From NCBI RefSeq assembly GCF_004010195.1, contig NC_057755.1, forward strand, positions 5,563,474 through 5,627,473: a DNA stretch of 64,000 nt, written 5' to 3'. The notes beneath the pieces were generated by a model. The model made no database searches. It was given only the letters and a program-made list of their open reading frames with translations, and was not told where the DNA came from. Shown here one piece after another: positions 27,591 through 40,175 of this stretch. The stretch is from Chiloscyllium plagiosum (lineage: Eukaryota). The first letter of the stretch is position 1. Each line of letters opens with the position of its first letter. Position numbers and translations under genes: made by a program.

Positions 27591-30500
27591 CTTGCAGTTT
27601 GGTGTATAATGTCACTCACTCTGAATTCATATCTGTATGTGAGGTCGTGGGTGTGATTCTGTAACTGTGTGCACATGTGTTCCCATGTCAAAGCACGACT
27701 GTTTTATGAGTGTGTGTGTAGATATGTTCCTCTGAGTCAATATGACTGCATTTCTGTGTGTGCGTGCATTCTGCCTGTCCATTGGTATGCTCCTATATCT
27801 CTCAGTATGTCTGTTTGTGTGTGTCTGTCTGTCTGTCTGTCTGTGTGGGTGTGGTTGCATTAATGTGTCAGTGTATTGGTGTGTTCCCAAACTGCAGTCT
27901 GATGGTTTGGTTTTCCTGTGTGTTTTTTGAGGGTTATGAGAATGTTTCTACAGTTGGTGTTTCGCTATGTTCCATCATTTCATTTCATGGTGTTTTTGTG
28001 CATGTACAAGTGTGTATGTGTGTTTGGGTGTGTTCCTGTTTCTGTTTGTCACCATGTTCCAGTATCCCACTTTGACTGTATTTCTGTGCGTGGATGTTTT
28101 TTGTGTGTCTCTGTGTTGGTGGGTGCGTGAGGATGTGGGTATGGCTCCGTGGCCCTCTCGGTGTGGATATATTTCTCTATAAGCATGAGATTGCTTCGAA
28201 TGAAAAAAGGCAAGTGAACCATACAGCAAGACATGGTGCACAAATTACTCACAATGGTGCATTTCTGAGAATTTGCAAAAGATCCAAGTAACATTACGTC
28301 TACTTCCTGAACCATGAAAGCTGAACTGTTACTTCTGTTCAAACGCCTGTGCTTCGAACTGCACAAGACAGTGGAAACCTTTATAAAAGGCTGGATGACA
28401 GCTCTTTTGTGTATGTTTCAACCACACATGTAATATATAAATGTGTTTTATGTTAGCGCTGCTTGTGTCCATACATCAATATTTTTATGATATTGGGGCA
28501 TAATTAGGGCACTCATCCCATCGAGTCAGCTGTGCCATTCAATCATGAATGCTCTGTTTCTCCATCCCATTTTCCAGCCTTCTCTCCATTGTCTTTGATC
28601 CCCTTGCCAATAACAAATCCATATATATCTGTCATATATTCAATGCCCTGGTCTCCACAGACGTATTTGACGACGATTTCCATTGATTAACCACAGATAG
28701 GCTGAAGAAATTCATTTTCATCTACATTCCAAGGTCTGAGCCTGTTTCCTTAGCTTCTAGTCTCTCCTATGCGTGGAAACAACTTACAAGCAGAAGTTCA
28801 AATGGGATAACATTTCACAAAGGCAGTACAATGCTGGTTCTGATGCGATGGAATACGGTCCCCAGAACCGATTGGATGTGGTGGACGAGACGTATCCAAG
28901 TACGCAGCAGAAAACCTGGTTGAGTACACCACCACCGTCACAGACATCAAAAGCAAATATGCGGAGTATTGCTTACCAAAGAACTCAATCTGAGTGTCCC
29001 ACGATCGTAGACCTTGGATAAACCAAGAAATCTACTCCTTACTGAAAGCCACGCAAGCAGCATTCGAGTCGCAATCCAGCACAGGGAAAGTGGAGATGAC
29101 CTCCCTAAAGCCATCTGGGATGCCAAAGGAGAGCACCAGGCAAAGATAGAGGCCCAACCCTGCAAAACAGAATCAAGCCACCTCTGGCAAGGCTTAACCA
29201 ATATGACGGGATAAAAACTGAAGCAGAGCAAGACAGCGGATGAAGACACATACGTCCCTGAAGCGCTCATGCTATGCTTTTTTTGAGTAGAATGCCAGTG
29301 GTGTAGTGACGTCTGCCTCAACATCCCCAACGCACCTACTCCCTTTGTCACCACTGCAAACATGAGAACAGTCTTCCTGAGAGTCAACCCAAGCAAAGCG
29401 ATGAGCCATAATGGAGTCCCAGGCCATGCACTTAAATCCTGCATGGACAAACAGGCGGAAGTGTTTACTGACATCTTCCAACCGTCTCTCCATATAGCTG
29501 AGTTCCCCACTTGCTTCAAGAAAACAACTGCTCACTGACACATTAACACAACCCCTCCCACTCTCTCTCTCCCACTCTCNNNNNNNNNNNNNNNNNNNNN
29601 NNNNNNNNNNNNNNNNNNNNNNNNNNNNNNNNNNNNNNNNNNNNNNNNNNNNNNNNNNNNNNNNNNNNNNNNNNNNNNNNNNNNNNNNNNNNNNNNNNNN
29701 NNNNNNNNNNNNNNNNNNNNNNNNNNNNNNNNNNNNNNNNNNNNNNNNNNNNNNNNNNNNNNNNNNNNNNNNNNNNNNNNNNNNNNNNNNNNNNNNNNNN
29801 NNNNNNNNNNNNNNNNNNNNNNNNNNNNNNNCATAAACTACTTCCCTTTGTCCGCGAAACCCCAAACAGGGGAGAAGGTTTATCTTTATTGGACCTGATC
29901 TCTCATTTCGAAAGAGAATGGGCTTATTTTGTACAGTCTGTCCTCATACCTAAAAACGAATGTGCAAGTACCATTCTTGAAAATCTAACATGTACTTGCT
30001 CGAAGGGCAATATATCCTTCTGAAAGTGTGATACTTGGATCTGCTCCCTGTACTCCCAATGAGATCTAACCAGGGCCATTCAAAGCTGCTGCATGACATC
30101 TTCGGCCTTACAATAGATGAGCTACTCTCGAATTCGAGGGCATTCATTGCCTTGTCCAGAGGGCTGTTAAGAGACAACCACATTGTTGTGGGTTGTGAGT
30201 CACCTATAGGCCAGACCAGGTGAAGATGGCAGTTTCCCTCCCGAAAGGCCGTGAGTGAAACTTTACTTGTTGTTTTTTTTTTCCCTCTTGGATATTAATA
30301 AGGCAAAACGATTAACCAACGAGTTGTCCATTTCCCTGTAGACATCGACAGAATCCCGTGTTGGCTTCCTTTTCGTATGGTCTGATCTACCTGCTTACTT
30401 AGTGGGTCTGGTTTAACACTTATAAAGAGATGTGTAAATTATTTTTGAAATGCAGAGAGATAAATATACAACTTTCCAAAACCAATCTTTCCCTTTAAGT

Positions 30501-32710
30501 TTCCGAGTAACCTTCCAGTTCTGAAATATCTATATCCATACACGAGGTTAAGAGATGTTCGAGCTTAATGCGTGTTCAATAGTGTTTATGCACTTGAAAT
30601 GCACAGCTTGTCGAAGTAGAGTTGGGGCTGTTGTTCCATCTCACATGGTTCTGCGTCATTGTCCTCATGTTATCTGGAGTGCATGTGGGAACTCTCTGAT
30701 TTGAATGGCGTCTTTCTGCTTTGATGTGGAGGTGCTGATGTTGGACTGGAGAGGACAATGTCAAAAGTTACATGAAACCAGGTTATCGTCCAACAGGTAT
30801 AATTGGAATCACAAGATTTCGCGTGAGCTCTAACATTTTAGCTCGTTCTCCAGGTCATGTCCGACTGCCGTGGCTTTGCAGTAGTTTGATGTAACAATGT
30901 AATTGATATAATTTAAATTCAGCTTCTATTACAGAAAGAGTGTTACATGAGACAGCATTCGATGTTTAAATTTCACCTTTATCATGGACCGGTCTCAAAA
31001 GCATATCTGCAGAAATTCAGGTTTTTCATTCCATCCGAAAGCTTGTCGCAATATCTCATCAACAACCCCTCAATCATCAATTAAGGTGAAAGCTTGCATA
31101 TCTCTCTGACGTGATTCACATTGACAGTGAATGCCGCAAGCTTGCTGGCTTAATATCTCAGTTCCACTGTTTCATTAACGATGGTTCAATGTGATCAATC
31201 AAATCAATTAGCTGGCGTACCTGGGCCGATCACACCAACATCACTGTCGACACCAGGATTTCTCTTCCAGGTTCACAACGCTACCGCTATAGATACCACT
31301 GATGCCATCTTCCTCCGCTGTCACCACCAAAAGAACGAGAAGACAATGATGAGGATGAGAATAAAGAAGATCAAAGGATACAACTGACCTGGTGCTGGAA
31401 ATAAAATCGATTAAACAGCATGAACGTGGCCTGCTCTACCACAAGGAACAGTGTCGGAAAATGTACCAAGACTCAAACGTTTCAGCTGCGAGGTGACATG
31501 AGAGTGACTGTGATTGGGTTCATTCAGATCCACTGACATCAAGCCGGTGTTCCTCTCTTACCACTGCCTCCTGCTGGCCAGCAAGGGAAGGTGGAGTCTG
31601 ACTGTGAAACTGCCAAGCCCACAAAACAAGGAGCTGCTCAAAACGGTTATACTGGTTGGAGAAGAGTTAAGGTCCAATTTGAGTCTTCCTCAAATTTCCA
31701 GGAAACAGTCAAGGGGTGCATCAAGAGGATCATTCATTTCAAATGTCTTCTAACAGTGGGAGAGAAACGGGGAAAACTGGCGAATGTACACCAGAGCGTG
31801 CAGAAGCAACCGCTGCTGTCCTCGAAGGGGCTTAATGTCACGGAGCAAACCCAGGAGGGAAAGGGGCAGCAAGCCTTGCTCTTGTCTTTGGAAGCCTTTG
31901 AAATTATCTGGCGGTCCAGTGTCCACATGTGTAATAGAATGAGACGTTCTCACTTTCGATCCTCAGAAGGAACAAATGGAGAGCTCTGTGCTCAACCACC
32001 TGAAGGAAGAAGGTAGCTCGCTAATCTCATCCCATTCTAACATCCTGAGGATCAACAACTGCTTTTATGCTGGACTGTATGACGCAAAGCTCACTGACTA
32101 TGCGACCTCGCATTAGTTTCTGTCCGCTCTCTCAGAGGTCTTAGACGACAGCACAAGAGAGAGGCTGCACCAGCTGTTATTGATTGATGAACTGACCAAA
32201 GCCCTCAAATCTTTTAAAACGTGTTAATATCCTAGAAGTGATGGATTACTGGACAAGTTATGATCAACTCTGTCAGACATGTTTGACGATTACCTGCTGG
32301 AAGTGAACGACAGTCCGCTGCCGACAGGTAGCTTGTGTGAATCCTTAACGAAAGTTATCACCCCTTCACCTACAATTACAATGTTGAGATGGATGACGAA
32401 GGACCAGTTTTACGCTGAATGCAGAAAACAAAAGTCTGACTGAGGTCATCGCCAACCTGATCAGGTCTTCATTGTGATCCATGATTCACACTGACCAAAC
32501 TGTTCTGTACTGTTTAGAAAGACAACCGAGATCCTTGCAATCTTTAAGCTTATGCTCACCTATGTGCAGGGCAGGTCTGCCTCACAAAGCTGGACCAAGA
32601 AAAGGCCTTTCCCAAGATATCGCACACCTACATGTCGGATGTGTTCTCTAAAGCGGTCTTTGGGAGGAAATCCGCACCTGAATCCAACTGCTGCGCACCA
32701 ACAACGTCAG
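27591..32710. repeat. Tandem segmental duplicon, partial copy C (equivalent to about 13096-18111)
   Basis: Collinear match at an offset of about 14500 (ORFs 13476 vs 27975, 16591 vs 31181, 17953 vs 32552). Confidence 0.93.
28776..29540 (+). mobile_element. Rex1/Babar-like fragment (copy C)
   Basis: Paralog of 14275-15020. Confidence 0.8.
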
Positions 32711-32800
32711 TGCAGCCTCAATCAATGGGTGGCAATCAGAAATATTCCCGATCAGATCGACAGTGAGGCAGGGCTGCTCTCTCTCACCTTTCCTTTATTA
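31515..32800 (+). mobile_element. Degenerate Tx1/L1-clade ORF2 fragment (copy C)
   Basis: ORF 31514..31753 reads DIKPVFLSYHCLLLASKGRWSLTVKL (WKLN-like). It continues to gtgaggcagggctgctctctctca (VRQGCSLS, RT motif B). Confidence 0.78.
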
Positions 32801-33009
32801 TTGCTGACTTCGAGGCACCTGAGTAATTGTTATGATTCAGTCAGATGTTTCTTCCTCTTTAGCCATTGTCTATTCACTGCGAACCTCTTTACTTCGGTGC
32901 ATCAGTGCACCACTGCTCATTTATGCGACAATTTTTTATTTAAATTCAGTCACCGAGTTTCAGACTCAGTTTCTTCATTCTCCAGCTGAATAAGCATTTC
33001 GAGCACTTT

Positions 33010-34005
33010 ATAAGACCATAAATCGTACGACCAGAAGGCACAGGAGTGGAAACAAGGTCATTCGAGTCCACGCCACTATTTTATCATGGTTGATGGGCAT
33101 TTTAACTCCACTGACCCGCACTCTTTCCGCAGCCCTTACTCACTTGTGAGTTCAATAATTTTGTCAATCCCTGCCTCGAAGGAATTTAACATCCTGGACT
33201 CCACTGAGCTCCACTGCAATGAATTCTGCCGGCCCACCACTCCCTGGCTGAAGAAATGTCTCCTCATTTCCGTTCCCCCACGAATTGACCCCCTCTAATC
33301 CTAAGGATGTGTCCCCGCCTAATGGAAACAGCATCCCAGCGCCCACCCTTTCTGAGCCATGCATCATTTTCTAAAGTTTTTATTAGATCTGCCCTCAATC
33401 TTTTGAACTCTAAGGAATGCAATCACAGGATCCTCAGCTGTTCATTTTATGTTCGGCCTACCTTTCCAGGGATTGTCCGTGTGAATCTCCACCGGACATG
33501 CTCCAGCGCCAGTATGTCCTTCCTGAGGTGTGGAGCCCAAAATTGGAAACAATATTCTAAATGGGGCCTAACTAGAGCTGTATAATTCTCAGATGCACAC
33601 CTCTGCTTCTTTATATTAACCCTCTTGAGATAAATGACAGCATTACAATTGCTTTCTTAATCACGGACTCAACTAGCAAGTTAACCCTTAGAGAATCCCG
33701 GACTAGTATTCCCAAATACCTTTGTACTTTGGTTTTATGAATTTTCTCACCGTTTTGAAAAGATTCCATGCTGTACGTTTTTTTTTCCAAAGTGCAATAC
33801 CTCTCATTTGCTCATGATAAATTTCATCAGTCATTTCCTGGACCACTCTCCTAAACTGTCTAAATCTTTCTGCAGCCTCCCCACCCCTCCTCAGTACTAC
33901 CTGCCTGTCCACCTAACTTCGTATCATTGGCAAACTTTGCAAGAATACCCCAGTCACTTCATCCAGATCATTAATATATAAAATGAGCAGCTGCGACACC
34001 AACAC
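33010..34005 (-). mobile_element. 5'-truncated CR1 LINE (RT C-terminus and 3' end)
   Basis: The minus strand encodes [25 protein letters not shown] and MRRHFFSQGVVGRQNSL; a taagaccata-type tail lies at about 33010. Confidence 0.88.
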
Positions 34006-34049
34006 TTGTCAACCGCTGCCTTTCTGAAAAAGACCTTTTCTTCCCAATT

Positions 34050-37000
34050 GTCTGCCTTCTGTCATGACACACCACAGGGTTGAATTCCTCAACTTTGCAA
34101 GGATCTGAGAGGAGCAAACGTTTCCAGTCAATAATGAAAGCTGCTGGCACTGAATGGACCGAAAGCCTCCTTGTTGCCTCTTGATTTAAAACTAGCATCT
34201 ATAAAATTTATCAATTGCCTGAAATCTTACAAAGACTGAAATGAAGGAACAATGCCTCATATTTCTCTACTTTATATGACACAGAATATGTTGTGCTCAT
34301 CAACTCACTGAACCTGTCTTTACCGTTTTCAGTGTTCCTGTGTCTTCATAGACTTTTCTGTCCAACCTCTCATTGTTTTATCAGCAAAAGGAACAGATGA
34401 TCACTTTATGTTAGTCATCAGAAGAGATTATTAGTAATGTGTCTCGAGTTATTGTCGTTGGGGGACCTAATAATACCAGTCCGACAATCTTAAAATAACA
34501 TATTTATTTCTGCTCACTGTTTTCTCACCTTTAGCAGTCCTCACGCCAAGACCCATTTCCCCATTACTACAGGGCACATTGACAAACTGATCTCCATTCA
34601 AACATTTCTGGAATGTGACATTTCAGCATCCTTGTGTGTACAAAATACTCACTGGTCCCAGCTGTCCACCTCCTTTCAAAGATCTCCATCATATTAGCAG
34701 TGATCTGTTTTAGGTTTCTTCACTGTACACGTCCAGTGCATGGAAGAGAGAATGAATCTCCCGCGTGTGCTTCTATACAGATCTTGTGTGTGTCAGAGTC
34801 AGCTCAAGGACACGATTCATCCTAGTAGGCAGCTCTATATTTTTGGAGCTTTTGTAACCAGTGAGGATATTTTTCACGAAATTATTTTTCTTGTATCCAA
34901 TATTGCCTTGAGTGGACAAGTTGTATTCGTTTGGGACAATTTATCAGTGCAAGATGAGGAATCCTTTTCAGGTATTAGAACATAGAACGTAGAACATGAC
35001 AGCGCAGTACAGGCCCTTCGGCCCTCGATGTTGTGCAGCCCTGTCATCCTCATCTGAAGCCCATCCCACCTACACTATTCCATGTACGTCCTTTTGACTG
35101 TCCAATGACGACTTAAATGAACTTAAACTTGGCGAAGCTACTACCGATGCAAGCAAAGCATTCCATCCCCTTGCTCTCTCTGAATAACGAAACTACCTCT
35201 GACATCTGTCTTATACCCGTCCTCCCGCTCTTTAAAGTTTATCCCCTCGTGTTTGCCGACCCCATATTTGGAAAAAGGCTCTCCCTGTCTACCCTATCTA
35301 ATCTTCTGATTATCTTGCATGTCTCTATTAAGTCACCTCTCAACTTTCTTCTCTCTGACAAGAACAGCCTCAAGGCCCTCAGACTTTACTCGTAAGACAT
35401 TTCTTCCATACCTGGCAAAATCCTAGTAAATCGACTCTGCATCCTTTCCAAAACTTCTACATTCTTCTTATTATGTGTTGATCAGAACTGTACACAATAC
35501 TCCAAGTGTGCCCGGACCAGTGCTTTGTACAGCTGCAGCATAACCTCCTGGTTCCGAAACTCAATCCCTCTATTAATAAAGGTCAAAAAAATGTATGCCT
35601 TCTTAACAACACTGTCATTCTGGGTGGCAACTTTCAGGGATCTGTGTACATGTACACCAAGATCTCTCTGCTCATCTGCACTCGCAAGAATCCTACCTTT
35701 TGCCCAGTACTTTGCATTCCGTTTACTCTGGCCAAAGTGTATCACCTCACAATTGTCCAGATTAAAGTCAATTTTCCACCTCTCAGCCCAGCTCTGCACC
35801 CTATCTATGTCTCTCTGAAACCTATTATATCCTTCGTCACTGTCCACAACTCCACCGACCTTTTTGTCGTCCGCAAATTTACTAACCCACCCTTCTAAGC
35901 CCTCTTCCAGGTCATTTATAAAAATGACGAACAACAATGAACCGAACACCGACTCTTCCAGTCCGCCGCTAGTAACTGAACACCAAAATGAACATGTCCA
36001 ATCAACTGCAACCATCTGTTTTCTTTCAGCAAGCCAATTACTGATCCACGCTGATATGTCTCCCACAAACACATTTCTCTGCATTTTGTATAATAGCCTA
36101 TTGTGGGGAACCTTATCGAATGCCTTACTGAAATCCATATAAAACCACATCCACTGGTTTACTCTCATCTACCTTTTAGGTCACTTTGTCAAAAAAGTCA
36201 ATAAGATTCGTTCGACATGACCTACCCTTCACAATACCGTACTGACAGTCCTTGATCAGATTATTCTTTTCTGGATGGTTATCATTCCTATCTCTGATAA
36301 ACGTTTCCAATACTTTACCAACAACTGAAGTGAGACTCACTGGTCTGTAATCACCAGGGTTGTCTCTACTACCCTTTTTGAACAAGGTAACCATATTTGC
36401 AATCCTCCAGTCCTCAGGCACTATTCCTGTAGACAATGATGATTTGAAGATCAATGCCAAAGGCACGGCAATCTCTTCCCTTGCTTCCCAAAGGATCCTA
36501 GGATGGATTTTTTTCGGCCCAGGGGACTTGTCTATGTTCCCACTCTGCAGTATTTCTAATACCTCTTCCTTGTGAACCTCAATCTGTTCCAGTCTAGATG
36601 CAAGTACCTCTGTATCTTCCTAGCCAACATTTTCTTTTTCGATAGTGATTGAATTTGTGAAGACTAAAATTTGCTGTCTCCATTCAGCAGCTATGATCCC
36701 TTCATGCAACAGCTGCTGTTAAACAGAGAAGCCATGGCCAAATGTTAAAGAGAACATTTCTCAGAGAAACGGTCAACAACGGGAAATTAATGTCCAAATG
36801 GTCACTGTCAAGATCATGACGATATGATGTGGAATAAGATTCCAAAGTTGGATGGATGGTGTTAGGGTATCATTGCTGGTAAGGATCATGGCACAGAGGC
36901 TCAGTGATTAACCCTGCTGCCTCACAGCACTACTTGTCGTGTCTGTGTTGGATGCCCTTCGCAGAGTCAGTGTGAACTCGATGGGCCAATTGGTCTGTTT

Positions 37001-40000
37001 CCGCATTGTAGTGATCTTATGAATTTGCTCAATATGCATTTTTCAATGTTTGCTATTAACCGATTGAGATTTGCATCAAAGAATAAAAATATTCCGTCAC
37101 AACTGGGAGTTAACTCATCACTGTCAACCCTTTGTTCAAATTCTAAAATAAACGAATTGAACCACGGTGTCATGCAACAGTCCTCCAGGCAATGCCAGCA
37201 GGTACAAATGAAAGGCTTTGGGATGATAGCTCCTCAGCTTTGCACAAAGAGATTCACGAAGAAAACGAAATTTACATTTAGTCAGCTGCGGAAAATATAT
37301 TACACGACCCTTCCAGTTGTAATAATTCATTGTGAGTGCCTTGCACATTTGACTTTGTGTGAATTTCTCTGAGGTTTCCCTCCAGTTTCACTCTGCCATT
37401 GAAAATGATACATGGGCATGTTGTGGCCACTCACACACAGAGGCAGATGATCCCCAGTTTAATCAGATTACATGGACCATACAGAATCCGCAGGAATAGC
37501 CTGGGAAATTGGGTTTAATTATTCATCTGTTCTGGGAAACTTCTAGAAATCTCCATTTCAATCGGAGGTTATGGAGAGTTTCGATGGAAGTAAGGAAAGC
37601 AATAACTTTGCAAGAATATAAACAGTTGTATTTTTTATGTAGAGAATACAATAACATTTCAAATGAGTTTGGTTCTGGATTTTGAATCAAGAAGCAATGG
37701 TCTTCTCTTGCAAACTTGTAGGATTTTATGTAATCAAAGCAATTTGTTTTATAAACTGTTTGTCGGCTGAATGGTTTTGTGCACGAATGAACTTTTGTTA
37801 ATTTTGATTGTGTGCAAACCTGCATGGTAGTATTGGAGCCTTGAACATTTGTTGGAGAGTTCTGGAATCTGGGATTAAGAACAAAACCCTTAACTGAGAA
37901 ACCTCTAGTTTCAATTTTATCATTGTTGTAATTACTTCTAGTCTTTGCAAGACCTGGAACTGCGTGGATGTAGATCTGTACTGATGAGAAGGGAATGAGA
38001 GATTTAGTCAACAACATTACATTGGAGTGAAAATGTCGTGTTGGTCTCAGATAGAAATGTTCGGATAAAAACAAAATCTGAAGAGATAACTTTAAGCTGA
38101 GTACAAAAACAATTAGCTGTGTGGTAGTTCCAGGAAGAAATTTACTGCACTTCAGGTAAAAACAGGAAGTCACAGTCGTTCATCCAAGTGTTAGACACAG
38201 GTATTCTGGTGTGAGTATGATACAAGGGATATTTTCTTTGGAACGGCACTGGGAGTTGTGGCTTCTATAAGATATAAAAGTCACATTCTTTCATTCATTT
38301 GTGCATTCTCTTGACATTAATTAGAAATATACATTTACTGTGTGCCTTTGAATCTGTGTTATATGTCTATAGTTTGGTTTATTCTATTTTATCATCATTT
38401 GTTGTGGAATAAGTGTCTGTTTTGTTGTGTAAGCAATATTTATAGCATGTTGTGTTAATGATTCAGCAAGAGATATCTTTGTTAAATCAAAACAAGTAAG
38501 GTTGTGATCAATCAAGCTAGAATTCTGTTGGTCCTCTGGCCTTTTCTGTAATTAATCAGTCCGTTTCAGTAAAGAAGTAAGGCATTTAAGCACATAGCCT
38601 AATTCCTGAGTATCTGATAAACTAACACCGCAAGTCAATCAGACTGTGCCCCAACTATACATCTCCAGTTCCATTTATTGCCCGAGAATCTGATCATGCA
38701 TTCAGACTGAAATGTAATTCTATATTACTGCTCTCTCACGCTGCAACATTGCCATTACAAAACAAATTCCCCCACTCCTGCCTGACCTGTACATGAGTCC
38801 TTCGGTGGCTCACAGCTGCCACAGTACTGGTCATCACCTAGCCGTTTGAACAGAATTGCACTGAAGAAAGTATCAAAGCAAGTTACAAGAATGTTGCCAT
38901 TTTGTATGAATTACTGCAGCATTGAAAAAGATGGATCGGCTTACAGTAATTTTTCCTCCAACAGAGGTGAATGAGAGGTGATGAGATTGAAGTGCACAAA
39001 ATAATCAGGGGCTTCTATTGAGACCTGTCACCCCGAATGCAGGACCGTTTAGCAGGGGACACAGAGGAAATAAAATTTATCGAAGTATTGTATTACAGGG
39101 TACATGAGGATTACCCTTTCAACCAGAAGATGATGGAGTGTCTGGAATTCACTGCCAGTTTGGGCGGGACTTGAGTGTTGCAAACGTCAACTCATTTAGA
39201 GGGAACCTGGATCTGAAACTAAAGTGAGTGAACTTTCCAAACGTTGGACCAGCTACTAGAATGTGTAATCAGAAAAGGTCACGAGTTTATTCATTTGATG
39301 CAGGCATGGAAAACCTGTTTGAGTGCCGTAACTTTCCTACAGTTCTGAGGAATTTCAGAAAGGCTGAGCAGTGCTTAATTGACTTCACGTGGTGGGCTGA
39401 ATGGCCTTTTTCTGTGTTTTACGTTTGAACGAGTTCTGAAGGATCAATGAAACCCTGTCGAGTGGTGACATTCACATTGTTCCCTGAAGAAGTGTTTGTA
39501 TCTTCATAGCTTTTACAAAGCCAGAAGTAATTTGTCCTGTGGAGGAAGAATCTTAAGTTTAGGAAATCAGAATTTATCAATTCGATCCTTAGGATAAAAT
39601 TGCTTGTCTTACTTCGTTATTCTCATTGCGAAATGAAGCAGTTTTTAAAAGAAGAGATGTGACATTTTGTACCGTCGACGACCTGCTGGGTGTTTAGATT
39701 ATTGCTTGAAATGTTAATTGCCTCTGACATGATAAGAATGCAATTAAGAGTCAGAGAGACTCGATTTTAATTATGTTCTATTTTATTATACACGGATTGG
39801 AGCAGCCACATTCAGTAGTTGCAGTATTGTACCATCTGCTTTGTTTAGCTTTGCGTAATTCATTCATAAAATAACAGTAAGCGCATTCTATTTGATCGGA
39901 CAATGCAGAGAATGGAATTTAAAAAAAGAACAAATCTCCCTATTTGAATTTTGCATTGTTTGCTGACTGAACATACACGTAAAATTGGAACATTTGATCA

Positions 40001-40175
40001 ACATGACAATGAATTACCAAACCAAGCTATGAGGGCTCAGTTAGTTAACAGATGCTCGGCTTATCGTCGCAGAGAGGACTTAGATAGTGGTTTGTCCCTT
40101 TGATGATGAAACAAAACTTTTTCAGCTCTTTTGGAATTCTCCATCAAATAATTACATCTTCTCAAATGCAACAAC
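34050..40175. repeat. Older, diverged paralog of the 5630-9670 block
   Basis: Collinear anchors: 34100 with 5672, 34545 with 6100, 36680 with 6555, 37380 with 7068, 38660 with 8378, 40130 with 9620. It is visibly more diverged than copies A, B and C are from each other. Confidence 0.85.
34975..36648 (-). mobile_element. 5'-truncated CR1 LINE with RT domain
   Basis: ORFs 36176..36466(-) and 35482..36168(-) contain PEDWRIAN..PGDYRPVSLTSVVGK, YMDFSKAFDKVPH, KFADD and LVRAHLEYCVQF. An (agaacat)n tail lies at 34975. Confidence 0.95.

Noticed and set aside
37523..38173. 216-aa ORF on the minus strand, the longest gap-free ORF outside recognisable transposons
   Set aside because: It has no recognisable motif, and the paralogous segments (about 7200-7900 and 18890-19560) have no equivalent ORF in the track. 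Most likely a chance open frame.
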